From a virus: a stretch of DNA of 64,000 bases. Shown piece by piece: positions 19,866 through 28,661 of this stretch (position 1 is the stretch's first letter; every line of letters begins with the position of its first letter). The position numbers were made by a program, and so were the translations under genes. Below the pieces are notes generated by a model. That model did no database searches. It had not been told where the DNA came from and saw nothing but the letters and a program-made list of their open reading frames with translations. Where the stretch lies: positions 4,776-68,775 of IMG/VR virus record IMGVR_UViG_3300025010_000009, one strand, 5' to 3'.

Positions 19866-19873
19866 TTTGGAGG

Positions 19874-20389
19874 ATGATTATGTGGCTTAAAAGATTTCAA
19901 AATTGGTTACCTGTTATACTCTTAACTGTATTTTTTGCACCCCCTGCATTTGGTGCCGGGAGTTGTACCCCTTCCTGGGCTTATCAGGGAGCACTCAGCC
20001 ATCAATTACTATTTGATTGTACTGGAGATGCTGTTGATGGTTCAATTCCTGATATTGAAATGGGGGATGCTGCTTTTGCGCTCTTACAGGGACATAGGCT
20101 TGAGTTTGTTTCAGCCTGGCCAGTATCAGGTGGTACTGCCCCGGATGCTGCTGATGTTTTTGTATTTGATGTTTATGGTGAGGATCTGTTAGGTAGTCCT
20201 GATGGTGGAACTACTGCTGGGCAGGGGGCTAATCTTATTGACCCTGATTATAAGCAAACAACTCAACCCTTCCCAAATAAGGGTGTTGGTCCAAATTTTC
20301 CGATCATTACACATAAGTATACACTGCGAGTTACTGGACAAGCTACTGCCAGTGCACGTTATTATGTGATGCTTGGATTTGCTAAATAA
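19874..20389 (+). CDS. Hypothetical beta-rich protein with signal-peptide-like N-terminus
   Basis: KR + hydrophobic core + AFG-A; lies between wedge and fibre genes. Confidence 0.6.
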   Translation: MIMWLKRFQNWLPVILLTVFFAPPAFGAGSCTPSWAYQGALSHQLLFDCTGDAVDGSIPDIEMGDAAFALLQGHRLEFVSAWPVSGGTAPDAADVFVFDVYGEDLLGSPDGGTTAGQGANLIDPDYKQTTQPFPNKGVGPNFPIITHKYTLRVTGQATASARYYVMLGFAK

Positions 20390-20401
20390 GGAGTTACTAC
20401 C

Positions 20402-21241
20402 ATGGCAGATAGAACTGATTCCCTAAATGGTTGGATTTGGGCTACTGGTGCGGGTGATCCCCCTGCAGTACCTGTAACGGGCGTTACATACGCTACGTCT
20501 ACCCTTTCTCAAACAGTGGTAGAAACAGGTTGGCCATATAATCAGATTGCTAACGGTGCAGATTTTAATGAGGTAATGAGAAGAATTACCTCATTAATTG
20601 AAAACATTGAAAAATATGGAGTTTTGACCTGGTGTCCTACTATTACCTATCAAACAGGGGCGATGGTAATTGCCTCAAATGATATTGCGTATAGGGCTGT
20701 TCAATCTAATCTGAATCAAGACCCTATATCAGATACAACGGGCACATATTGGGAAAGACTTTATGGTGATATTGGTCGTATAGGCATCTTCCCCCTTGAA
20801 ACTGCTCCGGTAGGTTGGCTTGAATGTAATGGTGCAGCAGTTAGTCGTACTACTTATTCTGCTCTTTTTTCCATTATTGGTACTACACATGGGGCTGGTA
20901 ATGGCTCAACTACATTCAATATTCCTGATTACCGTGGGCGTTTTCTACGTGGTTGGGATCATGGTCTTGGCCTGGACCCTGATGCTGCTAGTCGTACAAA
21001 TCGTGGCGATGGCACATCTGGGGATCACGTGGGTACAAAACAAGCTGATCAATATGAATCACATGCCCATCAAAATCAAAGTCTTGGCTCTGCCAATAAC
21101 GTGACAACAGCTGCTGGAGTTGATGATGCTGCATATGTTGATGATGCTGCATTCACAAATGCTCTTAATACCCAGGTTTCAGGTGGTAATGAAACCCGAC
21201 CGGTAAATATAAATGTAATGTTTTGTATTAAATACAGATAA
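20402..21241 (+). CDS. Tail fibre protein with tail-collar domain
   Basis: APVGWLECNGAAVSRTTYSALF, FNIPDYRGRFLRG, ETRPVNI...CIKY. Confidence 0.9.
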   Translation: MADRTDSLNGWIWATGAGDPPAVPVTGVTYATSTLSQTVVETGWPYNQIANGADFNEVMRRITSLIENIEKYGVLTWCPTITYQTGAMVIASNDIAYRAVQSNLNQDPISDTTGTYWERLYGDIGRIGIFPLETAPVGWLECNGAAVSRTTYSALFSIIGTTHGAGNGSTTFNIPDYRGRFLRGWDHGLGLDPDAASRTNRGDGTSGDHVGTKQADQYESHAHQNQSLGSANNVTTAAGVDDAAYVDDAAFTNALNTQVSGGNETRPVNINVMFCIKYR

Positions 21242-21246
21242 GTGGG

Positions 21247-21888
21247 TTATCTATCTTCAACTTCAATAACAGTTGTCTTTCCACTCTTTTTCAGATGGAA
21301 TACCCGGTCAGCAGCTTGAATAATGGATTGATCATGCGTGATAACAATATGCTGAATACCCCGGCTATGACTAACAGCTCGCATTAATTCACCAATCTTT
21401 GGCCTGACGGTCTTATCCGGATTTTTAAATGGCTCATCCATGACCATTATAGAACGCATAGGTGGATTTGCCAGGCCAAGGAGGGCAATCTTAAGTCCAT
21501 AGGATGCAACATCAACCTGGCCATACCCAGTCATTTCCATAGGGTTTGCCAGGTGACCATAGCGTTCAAAATACAGGTCCACCTCAAGTCTGCTCTTGGG
21601 TAGGTCATCCCCAAGGGGGAGGTTAAAGTCCATTACAAAATTATAGGCATCTTCCTCAAATACACTACTGAGGGCAAGGTTTACTGGCTCAACAATATGA
21701 TACTCAAGCTCAGCCTGGGTATTACGTGCAACCTCCTGGGCAATGAACCTTCCCTGTTCAATTCGCTTACCCCTACGCCTGGCATCAAGGAATTTCTTAT
21801 TGACCACATTAAGATCTCGTTTAACCCTTCCACGTTCACCCTTCCGACGTTCAAGTTCCTTTCGTATATCACTGAGATTCATCTTCAT
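21247..21888 (-). CDS. Rad50/SbcC-like ABC ATPase, C-terminal half
   Basis: Signature-like TGYGQ, Walker B MVMDEP, H-loop VITH; probable start 21888 or 21882. Confidence 0.8.
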   Translation of the reverse strand: MKMNLSDIRKELERRKGERGRVKRDLNVVNKKFLDARRRGKRIEQGRFIAQEVARNTQAELEYHIVEPVNLALSSVFEEDAYNFVMDFNLPLGDDLPKSRLEVDLYFERYGHLANPMEMTGYGQVDVASYGLKIALLGLANPPMRSIMVMDEPFKNPDKTVRPKIGELMRAVSHSRGIQHIVITHDQSIIQAADRVFHLKKSGKTTVIEVEDR

Positions 21889-22135
21889 TCCCCAGTCCAT
21901 ACTTTTCTTTGAAGGCAGTAAGTCCACGTTGTACGCCATCAAGTAAGTCCTGCTCTTTCTTTTCAAGAGCATCACAGGTAGTATTAGCTTTCTCCGGGGT
22001 TGTGCCGTGTTCATCTTTCATCTGTTTTTCAATACCGGCAATTTCCCCCTCAAGTTGATGATACCTTGCCTTTTTGCTACCAATTTCCTTCTTTAGTTCT
22101 TGGAATTCTTGCGCCAGGGATTTCGCCATTACCAT
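21869..22135 (-). CDS. Small coiled-coil protein (Rad50-associated)
   Basis: Heptad-rich 88 aa, coupled to the SbcC C-half. Confidence 0.6.
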   Translation of the reverse strand: MVMAKSLAQEFQELKKEIGSKKARYHQLEGEIAGIEKQMKDEHGTTPEKANTTCDALEKKEQDLLDGVQRGLTAFKEKYGLGNEDESQ

Positions 22136-22575
22136 ACCTCAACTTTAAATTCTGGACTGAGGGCAAAGCCGGGTCCCCAGGTTTTATTTGATGCCCCAAA
22201 TTCCCGAACCATTCTGTACGCAATATTGCACAAGCTTTCAGACAGAAATCCCGTTGCAAGTAAATCAGTTCTGAATTTTTCATCAGCCCAGCGCCTGCGT
22301 TCCGAGCTTGTACAAACACCATAAACAATATCATGTGGCCGGCAAATATTTTGAACAATAACCCAATATTGTTCAGGCGGCATAGCCATTCTGAGGAAGT
22401 TATTGATGGCTGAGCAGCCATCAAATATAAATGGCTGACATACTCTAGGGGTTCTATACACAAGGGTCTCTGCGTGAAGTCCGTATGCTTCCGCTGTATC
22501 CGCAGCCTCATCTGGGGTAATGATTTGTTTTATTTCCCAAGCTGGGTAGATTATAGTATTTTTGTCCATGGTCAT
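22129..22575 (-). CDS. Hypothetical with CxxHD motif (phospholipase A2-like/DUF1353-like)
   Basis: FDGCS, CRPHDIVY, ADEKF, MVREFG. Confidence 0.45.
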   Translation of the reverse strand: MTMDKNTIIYPAWEIKQIITPDEAADTAEAYGLHAETLVYRTPRVCQPFIFDGCSAINNFLRMAMPPEQYWVIVQNICRPHDIVYGVCTSSERRRWADEKFRTDLLATGFLSESLCNIAYRMVREFGASNKTWGPGFALSPEFKVEVW

Positions 22576-23495
22576 TTCTCCTGTTTTTCAGTCCAACCCC
22601 AGACAAGTTCCTCAACCTGTTTAGATTGGTCATTAATAGAAAAGAATTTCTTCAGATTGTCCTCAAAATGAATTGTAATGCGTTTAACTCCCTTCATACG
22701 CTCAATATAGGCAGCAAAGCGTTGTTCCTTCTGTACCTTAACGTCAAGGTGTTCCCTACTTACTACCCCAGTTCTTATAGGTACAAATACCTCTTTAACT
22801 ATATTTATATCAGCATACCAGAGATATACCCTGGGCTGGTGTTCTACCTGATCTGCTTCAGACCTGAGTAGACTACCTGGATTTACTAGGAGCCTGCCCT
22901 TATAACTGATAACAAATGGCTCGTGGTTGTCCCCCGTGAGGATAAGCTGATATTCAGGAAATTTCTTTAATAACCGAAGGGCCTCACCCTCAGGGGGTGC
23001 CCCCGGAAACGGAGGTTTACCCGCATAGGTCAGGGTATGTGCCATAGCTACAGCAGGAAGGCACTTGTCTGGCTCGCTACGAGGTTTTATAGACCTACCC
23101 CAGGGGAAGGTACAGAGGAGGAAGTTCGAGCCGTCTGCGCCACGCAAATCGATTTCTCCCTCAGATAACACTTTTACACGTCCAGACTGATTAAGTACCC
23201 AGAGCCCACTTTCCTCTAGTCGATCCATTTTATGCGCTGGTAATTCATGCTGGCCCGGTATAGTTATAATACCATGAGGAAGGTGAGTAAATAACAGAGC
23301 GAGCAGCCAGGGACTTGATTTCCAGACGTCAAGAAGATCCCCTGCGTGTAGGATTGGGCACTGATACTGTTCCTGAAGTCGGGCTAGCCATTGCCATTTT
23401 CTGATCTGAGTTTTAATCAAGTCATCAGTACGGCAAACTGGCTGCCCGTCCATACAGTGCCAATCAGCTGTAAGTATTGCAGTTGGGGTTTTCAT
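22572..23495 (-). CDS. sbcD: Mre11/SbcD-like metallophosphoesterase nuclease
   Basis: ADWH, AGDL, PGQHE, GDNH, NPGS motifs. Confidence 0.9.
   Translation of the reverse strand: MKTPTAILTADWHCMDGQPVCRTDDLIKTQIRKWQWLARLQEQYQCPILHAGDLLDVWKSSPWLLALLFTHLPHGIITIPGQHELPAHKMDRLEESGLWVLNQSGRVKVLSEGEIDLRGADGSNFLLCTFPWGRSIKPRSEPDKCLPAVAMAHTLTYAGKPPFPGAPPEGEALRLLKKFPEYQLILTGDNHEPFVISYKGRLLVNPGSLLRSEADQVEHQPRVYLWYADINIVKEVFVPIRTGVVSREHLDVKVQKEQRFAAYIERMKGVKRITIHFEDNLKKFFSINDQSKQVEELVWGWTEKQEK
23062..23088 (+). repeat. Dispersed motif, copy B (inside sbcD)
   Basis: CACTTGTCTGGCTCGCTACGAGGTTTT is identical to 47348-47374. Confidence 0.9.
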
Positions 23496-23785
23496 ATTAG
23501 TGATTCAATTTTAATTCTTTTGAAATTCAATGCACTAAACTTTTTATTAACTTCTGTCTGAATGATTTTGATAATTTTTTGGATCTCATTATCAGATAAA
23601 TAACGAGATAGTGGTATACTTCCAACATTAGGTATTATAATTTGTATACCAGTACTAAGAGGACTATTAATTATTCCCACATCATTTTTAATTGTATTAT
23701 AATCAGTCAGGAATTCCTCAATTGTTTTTGTTCCAACTTCTTTTTTTAAATCAGTGGACATTTTCCTTCCTCCAGTATAGTACAC
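23492..23785 (-). CDS. Hypothetical AT-rich protein
   Basis: ORF coupled to both neighbours. Confidence 0.5.
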   Translation of the reverse strand: MYYTGGRKMSTDLKKEVGTKTIEEFLTDYNTIKNDVGIINSPLSTGIQIIIPNVGSIPLSRYLSDNEIQKIIKIIQTEVNKKFSALNFKRIKIESLI

Positions 23786-24813
23786 AGACCTTTTGTTTTT
23801 GCTGTTAACCCAGCCTCTTTTTCTTTAATTTCCAAATCTATTTTATGTAAATCTTTTACTAATTGCTGATGACTGGTAATAAGTCTATCTAAATTCAATA
23901 ACTTCTTTCCCACCCCAGTCAGTTCCTCAATTTGTTTATTTAGGTTAGCAAGATCAGCCTCAGCCTGGGTAAAATCCGGCATCCTCTCTTTTTCACTGCT
24001 AAGAGCGTTATATTGAGTAATTAAGTTAGCAAGGCCAAGTTGCTTTCCCCTAACTCGTAAGTACTCATCATACTGTTTTCTGATTTCCTCAAGTGCATCC
24101 TCAGCAGTAAGGTAGTGTACCAGGGTTTTCTTTTCTACCTGTAGTGATTCCCAACGAGAAATAGCTGATTTTAAATGCCGGGCCTTCTTCCCGGTAGAAA
24201 GGGCCTGGGCCTGAAAACCTTCCAGGTCAGTCAGATCCTCTTCCATTTCATCCAGGTAATCAAATGTTTTTAACTCAGCCTCAAGTTCCTCAGCCTCAGC
24301 CCCATATTTACGAACTTCAGCAGTACAGGCATCAGCATCACGCTTGGCAGCACTAAGTGTCCGGTCAATAACTTCAAGATTTGCAATCTTGTTCAGATAC
24401 CGGCTTACTTCAGGAGCACTCGAATTAAGGAGAAAGAATTGATCCTTTTGATGTTGAATATTCAGATCACCAATATTAAGTGCGGCAAGAATAGGCTCCG
24501 GGGGATTGTGACCAAATCCACTTTCTGGTTCCTCGTCATTAATTTGATAATAATTTTTTGACCCACTCTTATTTCGATATCTGCGAATAACTCCTACGTC
24601 ATCAAAATCAAGGTCAACCTGCATGAACTTCATATCCCAATTCATCAGGTATTCAACCCCAAGTGGTCGGTTGGTACGTACCCAGTTAAACCCACGCCAA
24701 AGGGCTGATTTCCCACTGTCTGTATCACCGATAATAGCGTTGAAACCAGGATGAAATTCAAGAAAGGTTTCCCTATGACGTTGGATACCAATAAAAAGGG
24801 CAGATTTTAACAT
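23746..24813 (-). CDS. sbcC: Rad50/SbcC-like ATPase, N-terminal half
   Basis: Walker A GDTDSGKS, Q-loop region, coiled coil, ends in a degenerate zinc hook GKCPLI. Confidence 0.85.
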   Translation of the reverse strand: MLKSALFIGIQRHRETFLEFHPGFNAIIGDTDSGKSALWRGFNWVRTNRPLGVEYLMNWDMKFMQVDLDFDDVGVIRRYRNKSGSKNYYQINDEEPESGFGHNPPEPILAALNIGDLNIQHQKDQFFLLNSSAPEVSRYLNKIANLEVIDRTLSAAKRDADACTAEVRKYGAEAEELEAELKTFDYLDEMEEDLTDLEGFQAQALSTGKKARHLKSAISRWESLQVEKKTLVHYLTAEDALEEIRKQYDEYLRVRGKQLGLANLITQYNALSSEKERMPDFTQAEADLANLNKQIEELTGVGKKLLNLDRLITSHQQLVKDLHKIDLEIKEKEAGLTAKTKGLCTILEEGKCPLI

Positions 24814-24822
24814 TGTAGACCT

Positions 24823-25002
24823 TTAATCATTATCATTATCAGTATATAAAACTCTGGAAAGGTATTGGGCACATACATGCCTTTCCCCTCGCTTAATTTT
24901 TCCCCGGTAGTTTCTAGCCCTCTTATCGGAGGGGTTATAACGTGTACAACTTGTACGCAGTGGACAACTCCCTGAACAACATGAAGAAATATTCTCGCTC
25001 AT
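24823..25002 (-). CDS. Small Cys-rich protein (59 aa)
   Basis: MSENISSCCSGSCPLRTSC..., translated by hand; start overlaps the ruvC-like stop. Confidence 0.5.
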   Translation of the reverse strand: MSENISSCCSGSCPLRTSCTRYNPSDKRARNYRGKIKRGERHVCAQYLSRVLYTDNDND

Positions 25003-25499
25003 TTTACTCTTGTCCTTACTGGATTTGAATTAAGGTTATAATATCCCATCCCATACCAGGCCATTAGTAGGGCATCACTTCTTCCGTCAAGGTGCCCACC
25101 CCGAGGGCCTTTTAACTCTGCTGCCGGAAATAACCTTGAAGCTACTTTATATGCTCTTTCTTTTGTCGTCTGGCCATCACTCTTTTTAACCAGGCCTTTC
25201 TGCCATGTTTGAGGTGGTGGTTTAAAGAAACTAATCATTGTGGCAACTAGTGCCATTTCCCAATGTCCGGTATTAGTCCCAAATGAAAATGTTGATTTTG
25301 CACTTGTACCATAAATTGCATGAACGTCCTCAAGGATAGCACCTATAATTTGATAGTCCCTGCGCCAGGTTTTAAGCTGCATGAAAACTGAGTAAAGATC
25401 ATTATCCTTTGGCCAATCAAAGAATTCAAATGAAAGATTTTCAGTAAGTAGACAAGCAGCCCCAGACTTGCCGGGGTCAATACCAATAACAGCTTTCAT
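24999..25499 (-). CDS. RuvC-like Holliday junction resolvase
   Basis: IGIDPG, ILEDV, FSFG, DGRSDALL. Confidence 0.85.
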   Translation of the reverse strand: MKAVIGIDPGKSGAACLLTENLSFEFFDWPKDNDLYSVFMQLKTWRRDYQIIGAILEDVHAIYGTSAKSTFSFGTNTGHWEMALVATMISFFKPPPQTWQKGLVKKSDGQTTKERAYKVASRLFPAAELKGPRGGHLDGRSDALLMAWYGMGYYNLNSNPVRTRVK

Positions 25500-25723
25500 T
25501 ATTCCTCAATTACCTTATCAACTTTAGGCCTTTTTTCGTAACAAAAATGGGGATAGCCTTTAATAACGTCAACAACATGGCCACAAACTTGACATTGATA
25601 GGTATCTGCCTGTCTTACATACCAGATATGTACTACTTCTTTATTTTCATTAATATATTCTGAGTGAAACCCAAGTTTTAATTCTTGTCCCTTAGACATT
25701 GGCTTACTGCAACATAATATCAT
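25499..25723 (-). CDS. Small zinc-ribbon protein
   Basis: CC...CQVCGH. Confidence 0.55.
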   Translation of the reverse strand: MILCCSKPMSKGQELKLGFHSEYINENKEVVHIWYVRQADTYQCQVCGHVVDVIKGYPHFCYEKRPKVDKVIEE

Positions 25724-25736
25724 GATAACTCCTCTT

Positions 25737-26189
25737 TTAAAATTGATTATTAAATTTTATAATTTTATTATATTTATCAGTCATGTCTTTTTTATTTTTA
25801 GCTATACCCAAAAGATAATCTGCATATTTTGACCAAGTTTCCCCTTTATAAATCATGGATTTTAATACTGATATTATATTTGCTCGTTTAATAACTGTAC
25901 GAGGTTTCTTTTTAATTCTACCCCTACGTCGGGTATCTGGATATAATTTACAAAGTTTTGAATACCATTCAGGATTATGTTCATATGGTACTCGTAACAA
26001 CGCATCTGATAAAATTGATTTTACTTTTTCTACTCGTAATTTATTTTCACTAAGTTCTAACAACATTTCATCTAAAAAAGGGATTAATTCACCATTTACT
26101 ATCTGGAAATAAGGATAACTGCCCTGCTTCTTCAAGTTTTTTTCTTGCATCTCTTCTTTTTCTCCGATAAATGGCCAGATAATTTTCAA
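25737..26189 (-). CDS. Hypothetical AT-rich basic protein
   Basis: ORF overlapping the HNH gene end. Confidence 0.45.
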   Translation of the reverse strand: MKIIWPFIGEKEEMQEKNLKKQGSYPYFQIVNGELIPFLDEMLLELSENKLRVEKVKSILSDALLRVPYEHNPEWYSKLCKLYPDTRRRGRIKKKPRTVIKRANIISVLKSMIYKGETWSKYADYLLGIAKNKKDMTDKYNKIIKFNNQF

Positions 26190-26493
26190 TCGGTGGTAGT
26201 TGTTGCAAGTGGTCTGGTCTTACACAAATTGGATTTCTACACTTATGGTCAATATGCATGTTTTTTGCTATCGGTCCAATAAAAGTTGCGTAGCTCGCAC
26301 GATGTGCCCAAATGCTCGATCTATACCCTTTTACTAAAACGCACGGATAATTATTAACTATTCTCCCCCGCCATTCCCAACATCCACAGATCGATACTTT
26401 TATATTTTTTCTGATCGCTTCAATAAAATTATCTCGTAGTTCTTCAGGAACCTCAAAAGATTTTATTATTATTTTAGAAACTCCGAAACTCAT
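26089..26493 (-). CDS. HNH endonuclease
   Basis: CWEW, AHRASY, IDHKCRNPICVRPDHL; C-terminal QLSLF. Confidence 0.85.
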   Translation of the reverse strand: MSFGVSKIIIKSFEVPEELRDNFIEAIRKNIKVSICGCWEWRGRIVNNYPCVLVKGYRSSIWAHRASYATFIGPIAKNMHIDHKCRNPICVRPDHLQQLPPIENYLAIYRRKRRDARKKLEEAGQLSLFPDSKW

Positions 26494-26520
26494 TTATTTA
26501 CCTTTAACTTGCAATTTTAC

Positions 26521-26901
26521 TCATTTGCCTACTACTTGCATATCATTAAAGTATAACCCACCAAATTTACCCCCACATTTAGGACAACCCCGCAGCCAGA
26601 TAATGTGATGTTGATATTTATTTTTAGCAAATTTTCTGCTTACCCACTGGCTGCTGCAGCACTCAAAACAGTAGAGCAGCGTCCAATCATTGCCCAGCAG
26701 GGCAGTTGCACAGTCAAAGCAGACCGGCACCACCATATCTCGTATAGCAATGTCAGTGACTAGATTTTCTGCCCGGCCAAAGGGAATGACAATATAGTCA
26801 ACTGCTGGAAATTGTTCTTTCTGTGTATTTGGGCCATGATTCAGCTCGCAAAATTCATGATCTAAATTTGCCAATAATACAAGTTTGTCTGCCTCATTCA
26901 T
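26521..26901 (-). CDS. Cys-rich hypothetical protein
   Basis: Several CxxC pairs; probable start at MNEADK. Confidence 0.55.
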   Translation of the reverse strand: MNEADKLVLLANLDHEFCELNHGPNTQKEQFPAVDYIVIPFGRAENLVTDIAIRDMVVPVCFDCATALLGNDWTLLYCFECCSSQWVSRKFAKNKYQHHIIWLRGCPKCGGKFGGLYFNDMQVVGK

Positions 26902-26917
26902 GCCCATACCCCATTGA

Positions 26918-27160
26918 TTAATTTGTATTTGGTATTTTTGACCAACAATCTGGACAAACCCAAACTGGATGACCATTCTTAGAAAATAAGTAATGTGATG
27001 TTTTTCTCCACCCCTCATCATATGCATGTTTTTCAGAATAAAAAGTTGGTATTACTTTGTCACACTTTACTACCCCATTTAAATAATTTATTTTACACGC
27101 AGGACATGTATGAAAGGAAATTTCTCTATTATTATATAATATACGCATGCTATTTTTCAT
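26918..27160 (-). CDS. Small zinc-finger protein
   Basis: CPAC...GW...CPDC. Confidence 0.55.
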   Translation of the reverse strand: MKNSMRILYNNREISFHTCPACKINYLNGVVKCDKVIPTFYSEKHAYDEGWRKTSHYLFSKNGHPVWVCPDCWSKIPNTN

Positions 27161-27162
27161 AA

Positions 27163-28299
27163 TTAATACCTTGGTTTGCGATCTAGTGCTCGTTTGATAT
27201 CATCTTCCCGGTTATCCCAGGCTCGTTGGACAAGGCGTTTTAGCTTATCAATTTTACCACTATTCTCAACTGCACGAGTAAGATTTGCCCACCCCTGTTC
27301 CCGTAAATCAAATTCAGGGGCATCCACCCAGGAGCCCTTGATTTCCCAGACCTTTTGTTCCCGGAGAAAATCCACCATGGACCCGATGTCATCAATACCA
27401 AGTTCATTATAGATTGAAAACCGGATATTTCTTAATTTGCCGGTGGTACTATTCTTATCCATAATGACTTCAGTATCAGTACCAACCTCACACCCACATT
27501 CCTTTCTGATGCCCACCCTAGTCATAAATGGTCTGACCTGGCTATAAAAATAAGGGCCTTCCCCACCATTGGTAGTCCACTTGCGTTCAAAAGGTTTGGC
27601 ATCAATTTTCTGTTTAAGTTGTTGGGTAATGATGAGTAGACTTTTAGTATTAGCGATAAGACCATTTACATTACGAAGAATCCGGTGAATTATACCAGCT
27701 TTGCGCGCAGCATGCGCCTGGGCAACTTTATCAGCAGCATCTTTACTCTTAGCGGCTGCAACAGCTTTAAGCAATTCCTTTGCAACCTCCTCATCAGTGG
27801 AGAAGCTGTCAAGACTATCAGCAACATAAATAAAGGGTTGCCCCTTCTTTGCCAAGGTAGTGAGGGTGATTTCCATATCCTCAATGGTATTACTGATACC
27901 GGATTTATCCTCATTTCCGCGCAAATCTGCATAGAGCAGACCACTGGGGGTAATCAACCGGCTTGTTAACGGGGAGAAAAGTTTGTCAAGATTAAAATCG
28001 CACCGGCGTTCAACATCATCATAGATAAGTAGATAGTTATCAAATCTGGGGTCAAGGCAGGCTTCAGCAAAGGTAGAGAGCACAAGTACTGTTTTACCAG
28101 CAGTACTCTTGCCCGGTAGGGTATTTATTTTGCCCATAGGCCACCCGCCATCAATACGGTCAGTCATAGCCAGGTTAAGCATAGTGCTTCCAGTGGGGAG
28201 GAAAAAGCCCTCTTTCCGGGTCTTTGGCGGCGGTTTGGGCACAGCACGTTGTCTTACCCGTTGCTCAACCTGCTCTACTACTCGTTGTCTTTCAGTCAT
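27163..28299 (-). CDS. RecA/UvsX-like recombinase
   Basis: PTGS...GGWPMG, Walker A GKSTAGKT, VADS, TNGG. Confidence 0.9.
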   Translation of the reverse strand: MTERQRVVEQVEQRVRQRAVPKPPPKTRKEGFFLPTGSTMLNLAMTDRIDGGWPMGKINTLPGKSTAGKTVLVLSTFAEACLDPRFDNYLLIYDDVERRCDFNLDKLFSPLTSRLITPSGLLYADLRGNEDKSGISNTIEDMEITLTTLAKKGQPFIYVADSLDSFSTDEEVAKELLKAVAAAKSKDAADKVAQAHAARKAGIIHRILRNVNGLIANTKSLLIITQQLKQKIDAKPFERKWTTNGGEGPYFYSQVRPFMTRVGIRKECGCEVGTDTEVIMDKNSTTGKLRNIRFSIYNELGIDDIGSMVDFLREQKVWEIKGSWVDAPEFDLREQGWANLTRAVENSGKIDKLKRLVQRAWDNREDDIKRALDRKPRY

Positions 28300-28486
28300 A
28301 AATTTTCTCCAGACCGTGTTTATCAACTAGGTAATGACCCCACTTACCATTCGGTTGTTTGTAGATATTATGTTTTTTAATCAGTTTGTAAAATGTTGGC
28401 TTGGTCAGGGTTACATTATACTTCTCTTTGAGAAAAGCTAATGCATCCTCTGTCCTTACCCAATCTGGTTTTTGTTTTACTGACAT
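28292..28486 (-). CDS. Small winged-HTH (excisionase/MerR-like) protein
   Basis: TEDALAFL...LTKPTFYKLIK...GHYLV pattern. Confidence 0.55.
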   Translation of the reverse strand: MSVKQKPDWVRTEDALAFLKEKYNVTLTKPTFYKLIKKHNIYKQPNGKWGHYLVDKHGLEKIYD

Positions 28487-28512
28487 ATTATGCTTTTCTC
28501 CTTTATAAAGTA

Positions 28513-28646
28513 TGGGTTAAAGGCAAGGCAGGATTCGAACCTGCACGCTGCTACGGGCCTAACCTGGCTTCTATACTTCTCCCGCTTCTGCGCTCTAGCC
28601 GGTATAAAACGATGCGTCTACCAATTCCGCCACTTGCCTTTAACCC
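28513..28646 (-). ncRNA. tRNA-like RNA with Leu-type D arm, canonical T arm and aberrant anticodon domain
   Basis: Minus strand: GGCAAG-UGGCGGAAUUGGUAGACGC...GCAGG-UUCGAAU-CCUGC-CUUGCC; 14-bp terminal stem. Confidence 0.7.
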
Positions 28647-28661
28647 AATATGAAAAGGGTA

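Noticed and set aside
28292-28486. Lysogeny module (excisionase plus tRNA attP)
   Set aside because: No integrase or repressor seen in the window
28513-28646. Standard tRNA-Leu or tmRNA
   Set aside because: No normal anticodon arm; too short for tmRNA, with no tag frame or GGGG 5' end
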